From NCBI GenBank assembly GCA_965248695.1, contig CBDFKD010000002.1, positions 640,001-704,000 of the forward strand: a stretch of 64,000 bases of DNA, in the 5' to 3' direction. The notes beneath the pieces were generated by a model. The model searched no databases. It was not told the origin of the DNA and was given only the letters and a program-made list of their open reading frames with translations. A program made the position numbers and the translations under genes. This document shows, one piece after another, positions 58,728 to 64,000 of this stretch (position 1 is the stretch's first letter; the number at the start of each line of letters is the position of its first letter). The stretch is from Acidobacteriota bacterium. Lineage in GTDB: Bacteria; Acidobacteriota; UBA890; WLXD01.

Positions 58728-60557
58728 ATGCCCCGAACGCCCTACAAAGCATCGCTATCGCCGCGCGCCGAGATCTTCTACCGAGCGCTGACCGGGGCCC
58801 CACCCACGCTGGTCTCCCTGCACAGCGATAAGCTACGCACCGACGGGAGCAGGCTTCCAGGGGAGGGAGGCAACCCCCCAGAGGAGAGGGCACCTGGTGC
58901 CCCCTCCTCTCGCGGCGGGAGCGCGTCAGATACCAGACCGAACAATGAAGGCGGCGACCGCCCTGCCCAAGGCTTCACCCATTGCGGCGGGAGTGCGTCA
59001 GATACAAGGCAGCGTGATGAAGGCGACCTTTGGTGGTCGTCGAAGAACGCTAACGTGGTAGATGACGTGCTCCCGCCGCAATGGGGGTGTGTGGATGTGC
59101 CGGCGTTGGCCCTTCAACTCCTGGCTCAACGGCACCCCGAATGGATCGATCGCCCCATGGCCGTGGTGGCCGAGGACCGCCCCCAGGGGTTGATCCTTTG
59201 GGTCAACGAGCGCGCCTATCGAGCTCGTGTCATGCCGGGATTGCGCTACGCGGCAGGCCTATCGATTTGCCGCGAGCTATGTGCCGGGGAAGTGCCTCAG
59301 GAAGAAATCGACGCCGGCGTCAGCCGTTTGATCGAGTTGCTGCGCTGCTTCAGCCCAGGGGTAGAGGCGAGCCACGATGAGCCGGGGGTCTTCTGGGTAG
59401 ACGCCTCGGGGTTGCTCGGGTTGGAGAGCTCCCTCGAGCTATGGGCCGAACGTATCCGCGAGACGTTGCGCGAGCACCAGTTCGTGGCTCACGTCGCGGT
59501 GGGATTCTCCCGGTTTGGCGTTTACACGCTGGCTCGATGTGCGCGCGGCAGCGTGGTTTTCGAAACGCCCGAACATGAGAACCGGGCGATGTGTAGTGTG
59601 CGGCTCGATCGCCTGCATCTGGACGTCAAGCTTCGGGAGAGCCTCGCCAAGCTGGGCGTCCATACCGTGGGCGACCTTCTCCAGCTCCCTGTCGATGGCC
59701 TCGCGCGCCGGTTCGGACACGATGCTCTGCGACTGCATCGATGCGCCTCCGGCTCCCTGACCACACCGCTGGATCCGGTGCCAAATGAGCAGACGATCGA
59801 TGCCTGGATAGAGCTCGAGTATCCCGAGACCGACGCCCTGCGCTTGACCTTTATCATCAAACGAGTGCTGCCCGCCCTCCTTGAACGCACTGCCGTTTAT
59901 GGCCACGGGCTGTCAGCGCTCAACATCGATTTGCTACTTGACGACGGTAGTCGTGACCAGTCTGAAGCGCGCACGGCCGAGCCCACTCTGGACGCTGCAC
60001 AGATCCTCGATCTCGTGCGTCTCAAGCTCGACACACTGAAGCTTTCGAGTGGCGCGGTCGAGATCGGCCTCCGCGTCGATTCGACTCTCACCAACAAAGA
60101 GCAACTCGGGTTGTTCTCTGAAAAACCGCAACGCGATCTTGCTGCGGCCAACCGCGCCTTTGCACGTCTGCGCGCCGAGTTTGGACGTCACTCAGTGGTC
60201 TGGCCGCGACTGCATCGCGCCTACCTGCCGGAGGCAACCTTTAGCTGGGAAGCGCTCGACAGTGCCCGGATTCCGACGCCTCGCAAGGTACGAAAACGGC
60301 CGCTCATGCGTCGTATTTTCGACCGCCCCGTTCCCCTACCCCACCGGGGGAATCATGAACCGGACGGCTGGCTCGTTCGCGGCCCCGAGCAGGGCCCGAT
60401 GCGCAAGATCTTCGGTCCTTACACTGTCTCGGGCGGATGGTGGGTTCGCGAAGTACATCGCGATTATCACTTTGTGGAAACTCAGAAGGGTGACGTGATG
60501 TGGGTGTTCTACGATCGCCATCGTCGGCGCTGGTTCTTGCACGGACAGGTAGAATAA
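58728..60557 (+). CDS. imuB: ImuB, inactive Y-family polymerase, with a ~115-aa N-terminal extension
   Basis: CVDVP, FSPGVE, WVDASGL, LGVHTVGDL, GGWW, RDY, WFLHG. Confidence 0.88.
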   Translation: MPRTPYKASLSPRAEIFYRALTGAPPTLVSLHSDKLRTDGSRLPGEGGNPPEERAPGAPSSRGGSASDTRPNNEGGDRPAQGFTHCGGSASDTRQRDEGDLWWSSKNANVVDDVLPPQWGCVDVPALALQLLAQRHPEWIDRPMAVVAEDRPQGLILWVNERAYRARVMPGLRYAAGLSICRELCAGEVPQEEIDAGVSRLIELLRCFSPGVEASHDEPGVFWVDASGLLGLESSLELWAERIRETLREHQFVAHVAVGFSRFGVYTLARCARGSVVFETPEHENRAMCSVRLDRLHLDVKLRESLAKLGVHTVGDLLQLPVDGLARRFGHDALRLHRCASGSLTTPLDPVPNEQTIDAWIELEYPETDALRLTFIIKRVLPALLERTAVYGHGLSALNIDLLLDDGSRDQSEARTAEPTLDAAQILDLVRLKLDTLKLSSGAVEIGLRVDSTLTNKEQLGLFSEKPQRDLAAANRAFARLRAEFGRHSVVWPRLHRAYLPEATFSWEALDSARIPTPRKVRKRPLMRRIFDRPVPLPHRGNHEPDGWLVRGPEQGPMRKIFGPYTVSGGWWVREVHRDYHFVETQKGDVMWVFYDRHRRRWFLHGQVE

Positions 60558-60674
60558 CCCTACGAGTGCGTGTAGATTTGCGTTCCATTACTTTGACTTA
60601 TAAAGTACTTTTGAGACAAGTATAGCGCTCACGCTTGTGTACGCACCTCCACTCGGTCGAGATTCGAGCTCCGC

Positions 60675-61105
60675 ATGCTGACCACGCTCAACGATCTGCG
60701 CTACGGGCTCCGCGACCTGCTCGCCAGTCGGACATTCGCGATGGCGGCCATCCTGTCCATTGCGCTGGGTATAGCCGCCAACGCAATCATCTTCAGCCTC
60801 GTGAGCGCGGTGCTCCTGCGTCCGCTGCCGGTTCCCCGACCCGAAGGGCTGGTGCGCATCGGCGGCAGCATTCATGGGCGCGGGCACATGACCCTCTCGG
60901 TCACCGATCACCGCGAGATCGCCACGGCGCCAGCGCTGGCAGGCGTCGCCGCACATCGGTTCAACCAGATCGTGATGAACGTTGACCACCAGCCGCGCGT
61001 CGCTGGCGTCGAGATCGTGTCCGACAACTACTTCGAGGTGCTCGAGGTACGCCCAGCACGCGGCAGAACGTTCGGGGGCAACGATCGGGAGCCGGGGAGT
61101 CCCGT
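60675..61105 (+). pseudogene. ABC permease (ADOP/MacB type), truncated by IS3
   Basis: DLRYGLR...LSIALGIAANAIIFSLV..VLLRPLP, VSDNYFEVL..RPARGR; ends at the IS left end. Confidence 0.9.
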
Positions 61106-62365
61106 TGACCTGACCCCCGAAAACGGATCCGGATGTAATCTCACGATCTGGGTCAAGAACGGGAGGTCAGAATGCCGAGTAAGAGGCACAGCGCCGAGCA
61201 GATCGTACGCAAGCTCCGGGAGGCTGAGGTGGAGCTGGCTCGAGGGGCGACGGTCAAGGATGCCTGCCGCAAGCTAGCAATCACCGAGCACACCTACTAC
61301 CGGTGGCGGCGAGAGTACGGCGGACTGAAGCTCAACCAGGCCAGAAAGCTCAAGCAACTGGAGAAGGAGAATGCCCGGCTCAAGAGGCTGGTGGCGGAAA
61401 AGGAACTCGACCTGTCGATCCTGAAGGAAGTGGCGGAGGGAAACTTCTGAGCCCAGCTCGGCGGCGAGAGGCGGTGGCACATGTACGGGGGCGGCTGGGC
61501 GTCTCGGAGAGGCGGGCGTGTCGGGTACTGAAACAACCACGCACGACACACCGGTACGTGCCAAGAGAGCCGCAACAGGAGCAGATTTTGACGGAGCGGA
61601 TCGTGGATTTAGCCCGACAGTACGGGCGCTACGGATATCGGAGGGTGACAGCGTTGCTGCGCATGGAGGGCTGGTCCGTGAACCACAAACGAGTGCAGCG
61701 TATCTGGCGGCGCGAAGGGCTGAAAGTACCGAGAAAACAGCCCAAACGAGCACGGCTGTGGCTGAGCGATGGCTCCTGCATCCGGCTGCGCCCACAGCAC
61801 CGGGATCATGTCTGGGCGTATGACTTCCTGCACCACCGGACGCACGACGGTCGGGCTATGAGGCTGCTGACGATCGTCGATGAGTACACACGAGAAAGCC
61901 TGGCGATCCATGTAGCACGGAAGCTCAACTCTGAGGACGTGCTGGAGCAGCTCGGGAGGTTGTTCGTACACCGGGGCATACCTGAGCACATCCGGTCGGA
62001 TAACGGACCAGAGTTCACCGCCGAGGCGGTTCGCGACTGGCTGGGCCGGTTGGGCGTGGGGACGCTGTTCATCGAGCCGGGCTCGCCGTGGGAGAACGGT
62101 TACGTGGAGAGCTTCAACGGCAAGCTACGCGACGAGCTGCTGGATGGAGAGATCTTCTACACGCTCAAGGAGGCAAAGGTTCTGATCGAGAGATGGCGTC
62201 AGCACTACAACCGCATGCGACCGCACAGCTCGCTGAGCTATCGGCCGCCCGCACCCGAAGCGACGTTGTTGAAGCCGGCTGCGCTCCGCTTCGCCGGCCT
62301 CAACAACCTCTTGTCAGCACCGAGTTACTGAGATAAGACATGGTACTAACCGCGGGGTCAGGTCA
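61106..62365 (+). mobile_element. IS3-family element, copy 2 (inverted relative to copy 1)
   Basis: Same ends, same 1260-bp length and identical ORF translations; flanks CCGT / ACAC, so no target duplication. Confidence 0.97.
61172..62331 (+). CDS. IS3 transposase OrfAB (-1 frameshift)
   Basis: GGGAAAC at 61438-61444; DDE motifs. Confidence 0.95.
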
Positions 62366-62530
62366 ACACCTCGTCTTGGTAAATCAGCGGCGCGGTCGTT
62401 AGGCACCCGTCCGCTTGGAGGTTATCGACGAGTCGCTGAAACTGCACTGGGGGCATGTAGCGCGCGTTCTTTTGCAGCAGCCGCAGCTCACGCAGCGTCT
62501 TGCGGACGACGCGCGTCTCCAGCCCATTTG
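62366..62530 (-). pseudogene. ParB/Srx-like N-terminal domain protein, truncated by the IS
   Basis: LRLLQKNARYM...FQRLVDNLQADGCLTTAPL; cut just before the expected (S/D)GNHR motif. Confidence 0.65.
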
Positions 62531-63171
62531 CAGTACCAGAGATCGTAGAGTGCTTGCGGCTCTTCGTCTCGGACGAGCCTTTCATAATTGAGCATTCCAG
62601 GCTTGCGCGACGCCAGCTTGAAGACGCCACGATATTTCATCGACACGGGCCGGGGTGTGAACGCCGTTGTCTTGACCTTAGAAACTCGAATCAGATGACG
62701 GCGCTCGAACACCGACACAGGTAGGCGAGCCGTTGCCAGCAGTGCAATGAGCTTTGACAACTTCCGATCGCGCGACAGCGAGAAGTCGCTAAGCAGGTAG
62801 ATGCCAGCGCCGCCGAACTTCTCCCGCGCGTAGATGAACGCGCCCGCGAGCATGCCGTCCAGGTACACGAGAAAGTTCAGCTCGCCGGAAGTGTGCGCGA
62901 TGCCTTTGGACAGGCAGCGATCTTTCAGGAAATTGAGTCTGGCTGAATCCGCCCGCACGAGGGTCACGACGGTATCGGCGGTGAGCGCGGCCGGATCCAC
63001 GGGCGCGTACTGGAACGGCTCGCTGCGGTGCCTGTTGACCCGCACGGACGATTTCGGCGTTTCGGCGTAGGTATAAACCGTGCGCCGCCCATCCTCCGAG
63101 TAGACGGTCACGGGGTTCAGGTCGGCGAGCTCACGGTCGGCGAAGACACAGTAAGGGGTGCCCCGGTCGCA
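62488..63171 (-). pseudogene. C-terminal fragment of a phage putative antirestriction adenine methyltransferase-like protein
   Basis: YLLSDFS...KLSKLIA, TTAFT..PVSMKYRGVF.L..RK.G.LNY; typical linkage to a ParB-like gene (recalled). Confidence 0.55.
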
Positions 63172-63540
63172 GCGCGCGCGCGCGCACGTGAGGGGGACTG
63201 GGAAGAGACCTACTTCAAAGCGCTAGAGCGGGGTCACACCAAAGAGTCGGCTGCTGGAATCGCCGGAGTGAGTGCGCAAACTCCTTACAAGCGCGTGCAG
63301 CGTGGAGACACCGAGTTCGCCGAGCAGGAGGAGATCCACTACAACCGGGGCACGGCGATGCTGCTGGAGGTGGCGCGGCGACGCATCCTGGATCCCAAGC
63401 GCCCCGGAGATCTCGTGCTCAAGCACCTGCTATCGGTTCGTGGCGTCAGCGAGCGCGTGCAGGTGACGGGTGCGGGCGGCGGCCCGATCCAGAAGGTCGT
63501 GGTGTACCTGCCGGGCAAGCAGCAGCCGCAGGAGTCGTGA
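63172..63540 (+). pseudogene. Phage terminase small subunit-like fragment
   Basis: HTH (SAAGIAGVSAQTPY), EVARRR, C-terminal VTGAGGGPI; no large subunit follows. Confidence 0.6.
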
Positions 63541-64000
63541 GTTGCATCCCCATCAGGTTGCGTTTACTTGCTGGTGGGGAGCTGCGACCGAACTTTTGGA
63601 CTTGAGCTGTGTGGCTCAAACGCCGATTCGTGCACCATGAATGGTGCAACGCTCCAGCCCACCCGATGCTATCCGAGCTTTCTACCGCGCCGAAACGAAC
63701 CGAGGTCTCGGACAGTGCGACCACCCGATGTTCGGTCTGTTTATTCTGTCGTGGGTCGGTCCCGCATGGCCCGTAGACCGCAGGCTGCGACCGCTAGTCC
63801 ACCCCATTGGAAGAATCGACGCGGCGGGATAGCTGTAAGCATTTACTGTACCTCATCGCTTTGGAGGTGCCGCAAGCGCCCCAGGGCGAGGACGAAAGCC
63901 GTGCCACGGTAGGGGGGAGTCAGAAAGAGGGGTGGGGGTAGTGGCGACAAGCCAGTCGAGTCAAGAAGCCGAGGTTGCGGTCGAGACGATCGAGACGATC

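Noticed and set aside
58912-59025. CRISPR mini-array
   Set aside because: Only two imperfect units with related intervening sequence, in frame within a CDS, and no cas genes.
5149-62365. 57-kb composite transposon bounded by the two IS3 copies
   Set aside because: Copy 1 has its own TCGC duplication, the outer flanks do not match, and the interior is housekeeping genes.
63541-64000. Short ORFs after the terS-like fragment
   Set aside because: No recognisable motif or RBS; cannot be supported. No tRNA or rRNA was recognised anywhere in the window.

Overview
GC-rich bacterial chromosomal window. The gene families suggest Acidobacteriota (ADOP-type permease, HlyD/ABC/sigma-54 two-component module, M14/M28/M1 peptidases, TonB receptor), but this is an inference. 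Most of it is housekeeping and envelope genes: tandem RND pumps, ECF sigma/anti-sigma, rocD, queCEDF, dacB, fdhD, a fad cluster, mrp, and lexA-imuA-imuB. Two 1260-bp IS3-family copies with identical ORF translations lie in inverted orientation. Copy 1 (5149-6408) has a TCGC target duplication and sits in the tail of an RND gene. Copy 2 (61106-62365) has no duplication and joins a truncated permease to a decayed prophage fragment. Signals the ORF track misses: (1) an AhpD-like CxxU selenoprotein with a SECIS-like hairpin (46683-47231); (2) a family of CTAG-bounded miniature inverted-repeat elements at TAG stop codons; (3) three consecutive intact genes just upstream of queCEDF that appear to have lost catalytic residues (zincin, Xer recombinase, ferritin-like); (4) a candidate non-canonical SOS box ACAGAC-N4-GTCTGT; (5) two paralogous 113-aa orphan proteins, one preceded by a long rod-shaped RNA. 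All protein calls come from motif recognition by eye, with no database searches.
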